64,000 bases of DNA from Candidatus Aenigmatarchaeota archaeon (GTDB taxonomy: Archaea; Aenigmatarchaeota; Aenigmatarchaeia; QMZP01; QMZT01): NCBI GenBank assembly GCA_026397315.1, contig JAPLVC010000004.1, positions 32,001 through 96,000 on the forward strand. The letters run 5' to 3'. The notes under the pieces are model-generated. The model made no database searches. It had not been told where the DNA came from and worked only from the letters and a program-made list of their open reading frames with translations. Positions 34,855 to 44,810 of the stretch are shown here, one piece after another (the stretch's first letter is position 1; every line of letters begins with the position of its first letter). Position numbers and translations under genes: made by a program.

Positions 34855-35373
34855 ATGGCCAGAAAGAAATTCGTTAACGCCCTGTTCATCGGCCGTTTCC
34901 AGCCTTTACACGACGGTCATATGGAAGTCATAAGAGACGCCGCTGGTTCGAGCGACAAGCTTACGATAATTATTGCCGGGCCCGGGAAGCCCGACGCCAG
35001 AAACCCTTTCTCTTTCTCCGAGCGTAAGCGCATGATAAAGCTCGCGCTTTCATCCGCTAAAATCAAAAATTATGTTGTCCGCGAGCTGCGCGACGTGAAC
35101 GCAGACAAGCGATGGAGCGCCGCGATAGCGCGCCTTGGACGCTTCGATATCGCATACTCGCGCAATCCATGGACGTCCCGCTGTCTGAAAGCGGCGGGCA
35201 TCCCGGTCGCGAAGCACAAATTCTACGCGCGCTACAAGAACTGCGGCAGGGCGATACGCGAGCGCATCATGCATCGCAAGAGCTGGAGCACTCTGGTGCC
35301 GCCTGCTGTCTACAAATACGTCCAGAAGATAAACGGCGAGAAAAGGATACGTGGCAGTTTACCTGAGAAGTAG
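34855..35373 (+). CDS. Nicotinamide-nucleotide adenylyltransferase (archaeal NadM type)
   Basis: ALFIGRFQPLH.GH, NPFS..ER..M, IR..I...W..LVP..V. Confidence 0.88.
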   Translation: MARKKFVNALFIGRFQPLHDGHMEVIRDAAGSSDKLTIIIAGPGKPDARNPFSFSERKRMIKLALSSAKIKNYVVRELRDVNADKRWSAAIARLGRFDIAYSRNPWTSRCLKAAGIPVAKHKFYARYKNCGRAIRERIMHRKSWSTLVPPAVYKYVQKINGEKRIRGSLPEK

Positions 35374-35883
35374 CTTCCCGTTCCTGTCCATCTCTTCGGC
35401 GCGGATTCTTGTTGACGAGATGGCGGTCTTGTCGCTGGCCAGGACCATCGGAACCTCTACGACGTCAAGCGGCCTGAGTCCCACGTCCTCGCGGATGAGG
35501 TTTATGCCGCGCGCTCCTGGCAGAGTTTCCGTGCTCACTATGATGGCTTCCACGCTGCATCCCTTTTTAGCCAGCTCCTGGTCGAAGAAGTTGTCCAGTC
35601 TGCTTATATCATAGCGCTTCCTTTCTATTCTGAGCGACGAGAGGAACTTCGCTAGCGACCTCTTCCGCTCGTCGTACTGGCGGATGCCGCGCTTGCCCTT
35701 GCGCCACGCGTATTCGTCGGTGACGAGGCCTATCTGGCAGAAATGCGCTCTCTCGAAAGCTTTCCTTAGCAGCGCTTCGTGGCCTTTGTGAATAGGAATA
35801 TCGAAAGTTCCTCCTATGCAGGCGACATTGTATTTTCTTCCTGTTTTAATGCGTATCGCTTTTTTCTTATTCTTCAGAGGCAT
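35359..35883 (-). CDS. coaD: Phosphopantetheine adenylyltransferase (archaeal/eukaryotic type)
   Basis: GGTFD..HKGH, IIVSTET..GA..IN..R...GL.PL, ISSTRIR. Confidence 0.88.
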   Translation of the reverse strand: MPLKNKKKAIRIKTGRKYNVACIGGTFDIPIHKGHEALLRKAFERAHFCQIGLVTDEYAWRKGKRGIRQYDERKRSLAKFLSSLRIERKRYDISRLDNFFDQELAKKGCSVEAIIVSTETLPGARGINLIREDVGLRPLDVVEVPMVLASDKTAISSTRIRAEEMDRNGKLLLR

Positions 35884-35961
35884 GTTAACGAGAAATTTTG
35901 GTTTTGCTGATTTAAAAACAATGCGACGCGGAACGTCGTGAAACTTATTAGATGGCGCCGT

Positions 35962-37212
35962 TCATCCGAGGATGTTGGGCCAGAACGTCGTCACGACGAG
36001 CAGGCCTGACAGCAGGATGAGGATTACAGTCGACGCCGTGACAACCACGTTATAGAATCTGCTGTTTGTGTATTCCCCCATTATATGCTCGTTGTTTATC
36101 AATTTCACCACGGCAACGAGGATGATGGGAAGCACTACCCCGTTCACGACCTGGGAAAGCAGCATGATCCACACGAGCGGCAGGTCGGGAAGCAGTATCA
36201 CGCCGACTGAAAAGGCGATTATCGCGCCTATTATCGTGTAGAAATGCTTTGCCTCGCCGAATTTCCTGTTGAGGCCGGATTCCCAGCCGAACGCCTCGCA
36301 GACGTAGAACGCCGTCGCCAGCGGGAGTATGAAAGCCCCGAAAAGCCCGGCGCCGAAAAGCCCGACCGCGAACAGCGCTTTAGCGAGCGTGCCCGCCAGC
36401 GGCTCAAGCGCGATGGCGGCATCCGCGGCGTTGTTTATCACTATGCCGTTCGTGAAAAGCAGGGCCGCGCAGCAGACTATGATGAAGAACGATACCACGT
36501 CGGTCATTACGCATCCCAGCATGACTTCGACCTTCGAATAAGCGTAGTCTTTCGCGTTTATCCCTTTCTCAACTATCGACGACTGCAGATAGAACTGCAT
36601 CCAGGGGGCGATTGTCGTGCCTATCAATCCGACCAGGATTATGATGTATGCGGATGAGAGCTGGAACGTGGGCGTGATTAACTGTCTCCCCACTTCCCCC
36701 CAGTCCGGGTTGGCCATGACGCCTGATATGATATATGACACGTAGAAGAGTATCATCAGCAGGAATATCTTCTCCAGGGACTTGTAATTGAATTTCAGCA
36801 GCAGCAAGGCAACAGTGATCGCGCAGAGCGGGACCAGTATGAACCTGCTGAGGCCGAATATCTCGCCGGCGGCCGCGATGCCCGCGAACTCCGAGACCGT
36901 AGTGGCGAAGTTCGCTACCAGCAGGCCGACCATGATGAAGAAAGTCACCTTGACGCCGAAATTCTCGCGAATCAGGTCCGAAAGCCCCTTGCCGGTGACG
37001 GCTCCCATCCTCGCGCACATCTCCTGGACTATTATCAGGAGAATGGTTATCGGAATAAGCGTCCAGAGAATCGGATAGCCGAACTGCGCGCCGGCGACGG
37101 AATACGTCGTTATGCCTCCTGCATCGTTATCCACGTTCGCGGTTATCAGTCCCGGGCCGATTATGCCAAGAAAAATGATGAGTTTCTTCTTGTCAAGTTT
37201 CGGGAATTTCAT
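35962..37212 (-). CDS. NRAMP-family divalent cation transporter, Mg2+ (NRMT) type
   Basis: GPGLI..DNDAGGI, QEMCARMG.VTG.G, TM6 GTTIAPW. Confidence 0.9.
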   Translation of the reverse strand: MKFPKLDKKKLIIFLGIIGPGLITANVDNDAGGITTYSVAGAQFGYPILWTLIPITILLIIVQEMCARMGAVTGKGLSDLIRENFGVKVTFFIMVGLLVANFATTVSEFAGIAAAGEIFGLSRFILVPLCAITVALLLLKFNYKSLEKIFLLMILFYVSYIISGVMANPDWGEVGRQLITPTFQLSSAYIIILVGLIGTTIAPWMQFYLQSSIVEKGINAKDYAYSKVEVMLGCVMTDVVSFFIIVCCAALLFTNGIVINNAADAAIALEPLAGTLAKALFAVGLFGAGLFGAFILPLATAFYVCEAFGWESGLNRKFGEAKHFYTIIGAIIAFSVGVILLPDLPLVWIMLLSQVVNGVVLPIILVAVVKLINNEHIMGEYTNSRFYNVVVTASTVILILLSGLLVVTTFWPNILG

Positions 37213-37244
37213 TCTTTCGACCTGTCATATTTAACAAAGTAGCC

Positions 37245-38567
37245 TTAATTGGATTGCACGGGTTTGCTTGCATTCCCGTTGTTCCTGAAGCCGTGCTTTC
37301 TCCTTTCCGGCGCGAAATATCTTTTTCTCTTCCATGCTCTGGGCAAGACCTCTGAAATGACGTCGTTGGCCTTAACCACGCCTTTGAGAACGCCGTTCTC
37401 GTCCACGACCGGCACGGTGAAAAGGTTGTACTTGACCAGCGCTTTTGCAGCGTCCTCTTTTGACGTGGTGGTCTGCATGCTTATTATCTTGTTCTTCATG
37501 AGCTTTTCTATCTTTTCGTCGGCCGGGGCGGTCACGAGGTTGCCGACCGGAAGGTAGCCCAGAAGCTTCTGTTTTTCGTCCACCACGTACATCCTGTAAA
37601 CTTTATCGGACGAAGGCTTCAGTTTCCTCATGAGCTCTATGGTGTTCTCCGCGGTGTAGCTGCTCGGTATCGCTATGAACTCGGTGTGCATTATTGAGCC
37701 GACCGAAGTGTCAGTGTATCCCAGTATTTCTTTGACTCTTCTTGCGGACTCCGGCTTCATGCTGTGGAGAATCTCGTTTTTCATGTCATCCGTCATGAGG
37801 CTGATCAGGTCGGCCGCATGGTTCGGCGGGATGTTTTCAAGTATCTCCAGTATGCTGTTCATCTTCATGGACTTGAGGAACGATTTCTGGATTTCGGGTT
37901 CCGACTCGATTATTGTCTTGGCGGCCTTATCCCTGTCGAGCGAATTGAAAACGAGTTCTCTCTCCTTGTAAGTGAGGTCTTCCATGAGGTCGGCGATGTC
38001 GGCGGGATGGAGGTCGGCTATCTTGCTCTTCTTGAGCTTTATGTGAAGCTTCTGGATTTCCGGGTCGAGCGACTCCACGAATTCCCACGGTATGATATGG
38101 TCTTTCATCTTGCCGACAAACGTTTCGCTGAGCTTCTCGCCGGCAAGCGAGCGCAGGAGGCTTTTCGCGCCCACGCACACGGCAACTATGCAGAACATGC
38201 ATCCGACTTTGCCGAGGAAAACATCATTGACTCTCACCACCTTGAGCCCGTCCACGTCTATGATTTGCTTGTCTATCAGCTTGCTCACTGTAAATTCTTT
38301 TTCCTTTTCAAACGTCGGCTCAATCTCGCTTTCAAGCGAATTCAGATGAATGTCGGCTTCAAGGCCCCGCGTCTTCGTGCTGTCCTTTATTTCCTTCACA
38401 AGGCTCCACGGGATCTTCTTCCTGTAATTATTTTTTGATATGTAGATGACGTGGCTTATCTCCGCATATTTTTCCCCGTCATTGAATCCCATGTCTACAA
38501 GTATGCCTATTTTTTTGTCTGCTGAATCCAATACCGGTTTTCCCTTCAACTGGCTGAAATAGACCAT
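37245..38567 (-). CDS. PRC-barrel + MgtE N-terminal + CBS protein (no membrane domain)
   Basis: DKQIIDVDG.KVVRVND, LHPADIAD, VGSIM..EF, VPVVDE..L.GVV. Confidence 0.88.
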   Translation of the reverse strand: MVYFSQLKGKPVLDSADKKIGILVDMGFNDGEKYAEISHVIYISKNNYRKKIPWSLVKEIKDSTKTRGLEADIHLNSLESEIEPTFEKEKEFTVSKLIDKQIIDVDGLKVVRVNDVFLGKVGCMFCIVAVCVGAKSLLRSLAGEKLSETFVGKMKDHIIPWEFVESLDPEIQKLHIKLKKSKIADLHPADIADLMEDLTYKERELVFNSLDRDKAAKTIIESEPEIQKSFLKSMKMNSILEILENIPPNHAADLISLMTDDMKNEILHSMKPESARRVKEILGYTDTSVGSIMHTEFIAIPSSYTAENTIELMRKLKPSSDKVYRMYVVDEKQKLLGYLPVGNLVTAPADEKIEKLMKNKIISMQTTTSKEDAAKALVKYNLFTVPVVDENGVLKGVVKANDVISEVLPRAWKRKRYFAPERRKHGFRNNGNASKPVQSN

Positions 38568-38713
38568 AAGTTCAACTCGTAAACCTTATTTATAATCTTT
38601 CCCCAACCTGCCTTATTAAGGCAATTTCATCCGTCCTAATTGTCGGCTGCACGTGGCCGGCGGTTAAGCGATATTTAAAAAAAATTAATTAGCAGCCACG
38701 ACGAATTATTAAT

Positions 38714-39322
38714 ATGCTGCAGGAAATCCTTATCGTCACTATTTCGCTCTTCGCGATCGTTGACCCGATCGCTGCCGTGCCGGTCTTCATCTCGACTTTC
38801 GGCGGGGCGGACAGGAAGAAGCGACGAAAGGCTGCGATAGATGCGGTGCTCGCTGCTTTCGCGCTGCTTGTCGTATTTGCGCTAATAGGCATGCCGCTGC
38901 TGAACTACCTGAACATCTCCATATCAGCGTTCATGATAGCGGGCGGGCTCCTGTTGCTGTTCCTGGCCTTCGAATTTCTTCTGGGCCAGCTTCCGAAGTC
39001 TAGAACCGTGGAGAGCGAGCCCGGCGACGCCGTCGTTCCCATAGGCACGCCGCTTCTGGCAGGGCCTGGAGCGATAACGTCAGTCATATTTTTCACGCAC
39101 CTTTACGGTTTCACGATAACGTTCGTGGCGACCATTATAGTGATGGTCATATGCCTGGCGGCTTTCCTGATGAGCCACAAGCTCGAGCGCGTCATAGGCA
39201 AGAACGGGTTGAAGATAATCACGAGGATAATGGGCCTTATTACGGCCGCCATTGCGATAAGCTTCATAGAGAAGGCATTCATAGGGTACGGAATTTTACA
39301 TGCCGTAGCGCCCATGATTTAG
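38714..39322 (+). CDS. MarC-family membrane protein
   Basis: LFAIVDP, F.IAGG.LL, VVPIGTPLLAGPGAI, TRIMGL. Confidence 0.92.
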   Translation: MLQEILIVTISLFAIVDPIAAVPVFISTFGGADRKKRRKAAIDAVLAAFALLVVFALIGMPLLNYLNISISAFMIAGGLLLLFLAFEFLLGQLPKSRTVESEPGDAVVPIGTPLLAGPGAITSVIFFTHLYGFTITFVATIIVMVICLAAFLMSHKLERVIGKNGLKIITRIMGLITAAIAISFIEKAFIGYGILHAVAPMI

Positions 39323-39543
39323 CTATAACGGCGAATCCCTTCTTGTGCATAGCTTCTGCGTAGTTTTTGCCGCTACCCCATATTATAATTACATATTAAT
39401 ATATTAATTAATATATATACTTAAAAATTAAGTTTTTAAAATATCTAAATATTGTTTTTAAAAACTAATAACAATAGAAAAGTATTTAAGTATGTTCAAA
39501 TAAAATATTATTTGCCGCTCAGTATAAAATGGGGTGATGGGGA

Positions 39544-40587
39544 ATGGAGAATTGTGCTCAGAATGAATTTGAATCTCACCAGGCCAAGATTATGGTTTTT
39601 GGCTGTGGTGGCGGTGGTAGCAACACCATAAACAGGCTGACGAACATGGATATACAAGGCGCGGTGACAATAGCTGCCAACACGGATGCCAGGCATCTTG
39701 CCGTCACAAACGCCCACAAAAAACTTCTCATAGGAAAAGACATCACGAGAGGGCTAGGAGCAGGTGGTTACCCTGAAGTCGGAAGGAGAGCGGCCGAAGA
39801 ATCCAGGGAAGACATAAAGAAACTATTAACCGGCTGCGATTTGCTGTTCGTGACGTGTGGGCTTGGCGGCGGGACCGGAACAGGTGCGGCACCAGTGGTG
39901 GCCAAGGTCGCCAAGGAGCTAGGCTCGATAGTGATAGGCACTGTCACGCTGCCTTTCAAAATGGAAGGCGCGAGAGTAGGCAAGGCGGAAGACGGTCTGC
40001 AGCGACTCAGGGACGCATGTGACACTGTCATTGTTATAGAGAACCAGAAGCTCGTCCAGCTTGCAGGCACCAGGCCGCTTGGAGAGGCGTTCGCAGTCGC
40101 GGACGGCCTCATAGCGACGATGATAAAGGGCATAACGGAGACGATATCTCAGCCTTCGCTCGTGAACCTCGACTACGCAGACGTCAAGACCATAATGAAC
40201 TCAGGCGGCGTCGCGACAATAGGAGTCGGCATATCAGACACGAAGAACCGCGCTTACGAGGTCGTGGAGCAGGCGCTGAAGAACCCGCTGCTTGACGTCG
40301 ACTACGAAGGTGCGACAGGTGCGCTGATACAGGTAATCGGCGGAGACGACATGACACTCGACGAGATAAACATCGTCGGCGAATCGATATCCAAGAAGAT
40401 GAATCCCGACGCGACGGTCATGTGGGGCGCCAGGATCCTGCCTGAATTCAAGGGCAAGCTTCAGGTCATAACGATAATAACCGGAGTGAAGTCGCCTTAC
40501 ATAATGGGCAAGACCCAGGAAGCGAAGCAGGTGAAATCTGCTGCCGAGAACTTCTCGAAGGAGTTCGGCATCAGGGTTTACGCTTGA
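39544..40587 (+). CDS. ftsZ: Cell division protein FtsZ
   Basis: GCGGGGSN, NTD, GLGAGG.PE.G, GLGGGTGTG, NLDYADV. Confidence 0.97.
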   Translation: MENCAQNEFESHQAKIMVFGCGGGGSNTINRLTNMDIQGAVTIAANTDARHLAVTNAHKKLLIGKDITRGLGAGGYPEVGRRAAEESREDIKKLLTGCDLLFVTCGLGGGTGTGAAPVVAKVAKELGSIVIGTVTLPFKMEGARVGKAEDGLQRLRDACDTVIVIENQKLVQLAGTRPLGEAFAVADGLIATMIKGITETISQPSLVNLDYADVKTIMNSGGVATIGVGISDTKNRAYEVVEQALKNPLLDVDYEGATGALIQVIGGDDMTLDEINIVGESISKKMNPDATVMWGARILPEFKGKLQVITIITGVKSPYIMGKTQEAKQVKSAAENFSKEFGIRVYA

Positions 40588-40634
40588 ATGTAAACACACC
40601 CAAACGTGTCATAGCTTTACCCAGGGAAAGGGCG

Positions 40635-40683
40635 GGCCGCTGGCGAATCCGGGCGGCCTTTAACTTTCCTCTCATTCTTTTTT
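40635..40683 (+). terminator. GC hairpin plus T-tract after ftsZ
   Basis: GGCCGC...GCGGCC followed by a T-rich run. Confidence 0.5.
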
Positions 40684-40684
40684 A

Positions 40685-41098
40685 TTATTTTATTTTGCCG
40701 AAGTCGCCGTTTATTACGACTGGCCTTACCGCCTCTATCTCGGACTTGTAAAATTCTATTTCCGGGATGGGGTTCATCAGGAAAATCTTCTTGTTCAGGA
40801 CGTGCGCGAAGCCGATCTCCATCAGCGTATTGCCGCCTATGTAATTTTTGACGCCTCTCCTGTCGTAATTGAGCACGAGAATCGCGTCGCTCTTCTTTAT
40901 CTTATTCCAGAACCTGCGTATTGCATCCTTTTCGTTCTTGTCTAAGAGCGTTAGCCTTTCCTTCTCCTTTTCGTTTTTGCCGGCGTATGAGCCGATGAAA
41001 TCGGATATGAGAACCTCGTGGCCCAGCTTCTCGAGCTTCTCTTTCGTCTCCAGCATCTTCTCGGCGAAAACCATGCTTGAGCAGACCGCGATTTTCAT
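40685..41098 (-). CDS. Nucleoside 2-deoxyribosyltransferase-like hypothetical protein
   Basis: KI.VC.SM.F, SDAILVLN, YIGGNTLMEIGFA..L.K.IF. Confidence 0.7.
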   Translation of the reverse strand: MKIAVCSSMVFAEKMLETKEKLEKLGHEVLISDFIGSYAGKNEKEKERLTLLDKNEKDAIRRFWNKIKKSDAILVLNYDRRGVKNYIGGNTLMEIGFAHVLNKKIFLMNPIPEIEFYKSEIEAVRPVVINGDFGKIK

Positions 41099-41184
41099 GG
41101 TTATTGGATGATTCGTTGAAATAAAAATTCATCAAAGATGCTTTCCTGCCGCAACGTTTATTATCTTTATGGACAATTATCGTG

Positions 41185-42201
41185 ATGAGGATTTCTGTGC
41201 TTTCCGGGACAAGTTTGTTTGAAAAGGTGCGCTCCCTTTACGAAAACGACGAGGCTGAGCTGCCTAAATTCACCGGTAAAAAGGACGGAAAAAACGCTGG
41301 CGCTTTGAGCCGCGGGAAAAAATACGCGGGCAGGAAGCGCAAGAAAGAGCTTTATGTTGATTCTAAGGACAGTGACGAAGCGGAAGAGAAGGATTACGAT
41401 ACCGAATTCTCTTCCGAGAGCAGCGAGTACGTGAAAGCCGGCCATAAGAAACGCGAGGACCGGGTGAGGGTCGAAGTCGAGCCCAGCGCCGCCGCGCAAG
41501 GCGTGCAGTTCGTCGAAGTCGCGGGGAAAGCCGTCGCTAAAAAAGCCGCGCTTTCCGAAGCCAGGAGCGCGGTCAACGAGATGCTGTCCAGCGCGAACGT
41601 GAGAGACGCTAAGTACGCCGACGAGCTCAACAGCACGACCGTCCCCGACGCGGGCTTTCGTTACGGCAGGCGGGCGGGCCTTGTCAAGATAGAATACAAC
41701 GACCCCGTGTTCATCAACAACCAGTGGACCTACCAGCGCATATTCATGAAAAACAACGTGGGCGAATCGAACGTTTATGATTTCACCGTCAAGAAGGCGG
41801 GCACCAGCGGCCTCGAGACGCAAATCAGGTATGACGACAAGTTCCAGACTTTTTATTTCGAGTCGCTCAACGGCGTGCGCGACGGCAGGAACCAGACATA
41901 CTGGGAGGTCTGGGTCAACGGCAACATAGTCGAGGACGCGCTGGACAAGAAAGAAGTCAAAAAGGGCGACGTCGTCGAGTGGAGACTGGCGAACGAGCGC
42001 GAGTCGTTCTGCGGCGGCGGTGGTTACGAAGAGCGATACACTAGGCCGGAGATGCGCTCCAAAATAAGCGTCGAGGCCGAAGCCATGAACCAGATGTACG
42101 GCGCTGGTTTCGGTTACGGCTCAGGCTTTATCACGCCGACCATGCCAACATTTTCCATCAGCAATTACGGCTTCTCGGGAAGGCCGCTGCAGAACATCTG
42201 A
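41185..42201 (+). CDS. DUF4430 (transcobalamin C-terminal-like) domain protein
   Basis: YFESLNGV..YWEVWVNG..VKKGDVVEW. Confidence 0.65.
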   Translation: MRISVLSGTSLFEKVRSLYENDEAELPKFTGKKDGKNAGALSRGKKYAGRKRKKELYVDSKDSDEAEEKDYDTEFSSESSEYVKAGHKKREDRVRVEVEPSAAAQGVQFVEVAGKAVAKKAALSEARSAVNEMLSSANVRDAKYADELNSTTVPDAGFRYGRRAGLVKIEYNDPVFINNQWTYQRIFMKNNVGESNVYDFTVKKAGTSGLETQIRYDDKFQTFYFESLNGVRDGRNQTYWEVWVNGNIVEDALDKKEVKKGDVVEWRLANERESFCGGGGYEERYTRPEMRSKISVEAEAMNQMYGAGFGYGSGFITPTMPTFSISNYGFSGRPLQNI

Positions 42202-42207
42202 AGCGGC

Positions 42208-42579
42208 TCACATGAACCTGGCTTTTTTTGCCTGGGAGGCATCGATTTCCTTCAGTTCAGCGTCCTTGGCGGTGGGCTCGAAATATTTTACTTTCTTGTT
42301 CATGCGTCTCGCTAGGTCCACGTCCTCTAGCATCTCCCTGTTCATCTCGCCGATTACCCACACTTCCGACGCCTTCTTTATCTGGCCTAACCTCTCTTTG
42401 TCCCTCGCTTCCTTGTCGTTCGTTATCCTCGTCACCTGCGCGAAGTCGGCGGCCACGTTCGGATAAACCGGAATAAGTTTCATGACCGTCGCCATGCGCA
42501 TCGCCTTGAAGCGCTGGCCGAAATCATTCTTTGAAATTGAAATGTAAACTATATTGCTCACTTTTTCATCCAATGCCAT
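42208..42579 (-). CDS. Small nucleoside deoxyribosyltransferase-like fold protein
   Basis: VYIS..IKKASEVWVIGE....M..D...A....KKVKYF. Confidence 0.6.
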   Translation of the reverse strand: MALDEKVSNIVYISISKNDFGQRFKAMRMATVMKLIPVYPNVAADFAQVTRITNDKEARDKERLGQIKKASEVWVIGEMNREMLEDVDLARRMNKKVKYFEPTAKDAELKEIDASQAKKARFM

Positions 42580-42949
42580 AAGACCACCCCTCTGAAACCC
42601 GTTCAAAACAAACGCTTCCCAGAAAAATAATTGGTCACGAAATTATTTAAAACTCACACACGTAGAAGTAAGAGGATTCAGGGATGCGCAATATTTCATC
42701 CGAACTTTTTATCGGGGAACTGCGCGCGAAAGCCGGAAGAGTGCCCGGCATTTGCGGACCAAGCCGCGCGCTGAAATACAACCCGCGCGAAGAGCATTTT
42801 GGAAATAATATCGACTCTACATGCTGATTTGAAGCTGAATTTCACGAAAATACGCACGAAAAAGCAGAATGAAAATTTGTGCCGAAAACTAAGGGAATCT
42901 CCTCGTCTTCAGCACCTAGTTGACGTTCGCTTCAGTCATCGTTTGACAG

Positions 42950-43627
42950 TCAGGCAACATTTTTCTCGTCACAAACGTTCCCGTATTTCCCGTGTCCGTT
43001 GCCGTTGTGATTTCCATGGTTGCCATTCCTCGTTTCTATATATCTCTTCAGACAGGTTTCCATTATCTTATCGAGCTCCGCGTTTACTTCGCTGGCCTTG
43101 TATTCGTTTTTCCTGGACATCTTATTTTGGATTTTGTCCATTCCATTCTCGTACCTGAAGTTTATCTTCTCGTCGATGTCCATGCCGCTGGTCATCACAT
43201 CTTTCATCAGGCCGTAGTATTTTTCCTTCACCTTTTCGAAAGCTTTCTCATTTTCGTACAGTTCCTTCTCTAACGCCTTCTCCTTTTTGTGCTCCTTGTA
43301 TTTTTTGTCCATCCGGTCTATCATTTTACCCAGCGATATCACGCCCAGCACTCCGAACAGGTCGTGCAGCCATTCTATCCCGTCCTTGCCGGACGTTAGC
43401 ATGTATGCGCTGCCGAAGCCTGCCGCGTGCAAGCTCCATGAGCTGGTCCAGTCGTATACCTCTTTTATAGCTTTTTTTGTCGCCTTAGAAGCCGTCACTG
43501 CATAGTCGCAGAGTTTCTGGATGTCAAGACCGTTTTCATACGCCGCGTTGTCGTCGACCGCTGGATACCACGTGTCGTTTCTGACGCCGCTGAGTCCTTT
43601 TGTCTTGTACTCCCTGTCTGTCGTCAA
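42950..43627 (-). CDS. Hypothetical membrane-associated protein
   Basis: Likely TTG start at 43627 after GAGAGG; central hydrophobic hairpin; Lys/Glu coiled-coil tail. Confidence 0.6.
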   Translation of the reverse strand: MTTDREYKTKGLSGVRNDTWYPAVDDNAAYENGLDIQKLCDYAVTASKATKKAIKEVYDWTSSWSLHAAGFGSAYMLTSGKDGIEWLHDLFGVLGVISLGKMIDRMDKKYKEHKKEKALEKELYENEKAFEKVKEKYYGLMKDVMTSGMDIDEKINFRYENGMDKIQNKMSRKNEYKASEVNAELDKIMETCLKRYIETRNGNHGNHNGNGHGKYGNVCDEKNVA

Positions 43628-43800
43628 CCAGGCGCCTCTCTGGGCACCTGTTGAGTCATTCACTTTAAAGCTATGGTTGCAAGCTTTAAAACTCTTTCTG
43701 TTGGCCGACATATATCGGTTTTTAGCGAAAAAACTCCAACTCATTCGTGAGTAGCCCGCTTGCGATTGGTTTTTTTATTGGCTCCGCCAAATATAATAAT

Positions 43801-44769
43801 ATGATAAAAATTCTCGCCCTCGAGAATGGCAAAAAACTAATAAAAGACCTGCCCGTATCGAGACTGAAATCATTCCTCAGGGAAAACAAGAACAAGGTCT
43901 GGATAAACATGGAGAACCCCACGGACCAGGAATACAAAATACTCACCGAGATTTTCAACTTCCACCCGCTCGAGATAGATGACTGTAAAAAGAGACTGGA
44001 CCTGCCCAAGATAGACGAATTCGAGGATCACATATTCATCGTGTTCCACAGGTTCTCCTATGATTTTCAGAGGCATATAATGAAGCTGAAGGAGTTCGAC
44101 ATATTTCTCAACAACCATTACATAATCACTTTCCCCAACGAGCCCTCGGAAACCATAAGGGACATGATGCAAAGGACAACGAAAGACCCGTCTTTGTTTG
44201 CGAGGGGCACAGAATTCATACTGCACAGCATAATGGACAGGGTGGTCGATGATTATTTTCCGATACTCGACCACTGGGACGAGGAAATGGAGAAGCTCGA
44301 GAACGACGTGGTCACGGGCAATATCAAAAGGACGATGAAGGACATGCTCAAGATAAAAAGGGACATAAGAAAATTCAAGAAGAGCATGGGGCCGCAGAGG
44401 GACGTGATGAACAAGCTCTCGCACCGCGACCTGCCTTTCGTTTCTGAAAAGGCGAACATATATTTCCGTGACGTCTACGACCACGTGCTGCGCTCGTATT
44501 CGATAGTCGAGGACCAGCGCGACATGATAACCACGATATTCGAGGCATATCTTTCGAGCGTGTCGAACAAGCTGAACGAGATAATGAAGACGCTCACTAT
44601 CATAGCAACGATTTTCATACCGCTCACTTTCATCGTGGGCATCTACGGCATGAACTTCCGCTACATGCCTGAACTGGACTGGCAGTTCGGTTATTACATG
44701 GTCTGGGCCGTGATGATAATCGCAATCACCGTCATGCTCATCTATTTCAAGAGAAAGGGCTGGGTATAA
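43801..44769 (+). CDS. corA: Magnesium/cobalt transporter CorA
   Basis: FHPL.IDD, DxxVD.YFP, NEIMKTLT, YGMNF..MPEL. Confidence 0.95.
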   Translation: MIKILALENGKKLIKDLPVSRLKSFLRENKNKVWINMENPTDQEYKILTEIFNFHPLEIDDCKKRLDLPKIDEFEDHIFIVFHRFSYDFQRHIMKLKEFDIFLNNHYIITFPNEPSETIRDMMQRTTKDPSLFARGTEFILHSIMDRVVDDYFPILDHWDEEMEKLENDVVTGNIKRTMKDMLKIKRDIRKFKKSMGPQRDVMNKLSHRDLPFVSEKANIYFRDVYDHVLRSYSIVEDQRDMITTIFEAYLSSVSNKLNEIMKTLTIIATIFIPLTFIVGIYGMNFRYMPELDWQFGYYMVWAVMIIAITVMLIYFKRKGWV

Positions 44770-44810
44770 ACACTCGCATATAATTTTAATCCCGCTTACA
44801 TATTTTTACC

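Noticed and set aside
38590-38690. Hairpins upstream of the MgtE-like gene as a Mg2+ riboswitch
   Set aside because: No M-box consensus, and a TATA about 25 nt before the ATG suggests a leaderless transcript.
39280-39390. Minus-strand fragment IIIWGSGKNYAEAMHKKGFAVI resembling a P-loop kinase N-terminus
   Set aside because: No in-frame start codon, only about 30 codons, and the P-loop lacks Ser/Thr; cannot be distinguished from chance.
42684-42950. Frame interrupted only by TGA codons, suggesting recoding or selenocysteine
   Set aside because: TGA is a normal stop in many confident genes here (nadB, ftsZ, trxA), and the read-through product has no recognisable motif.
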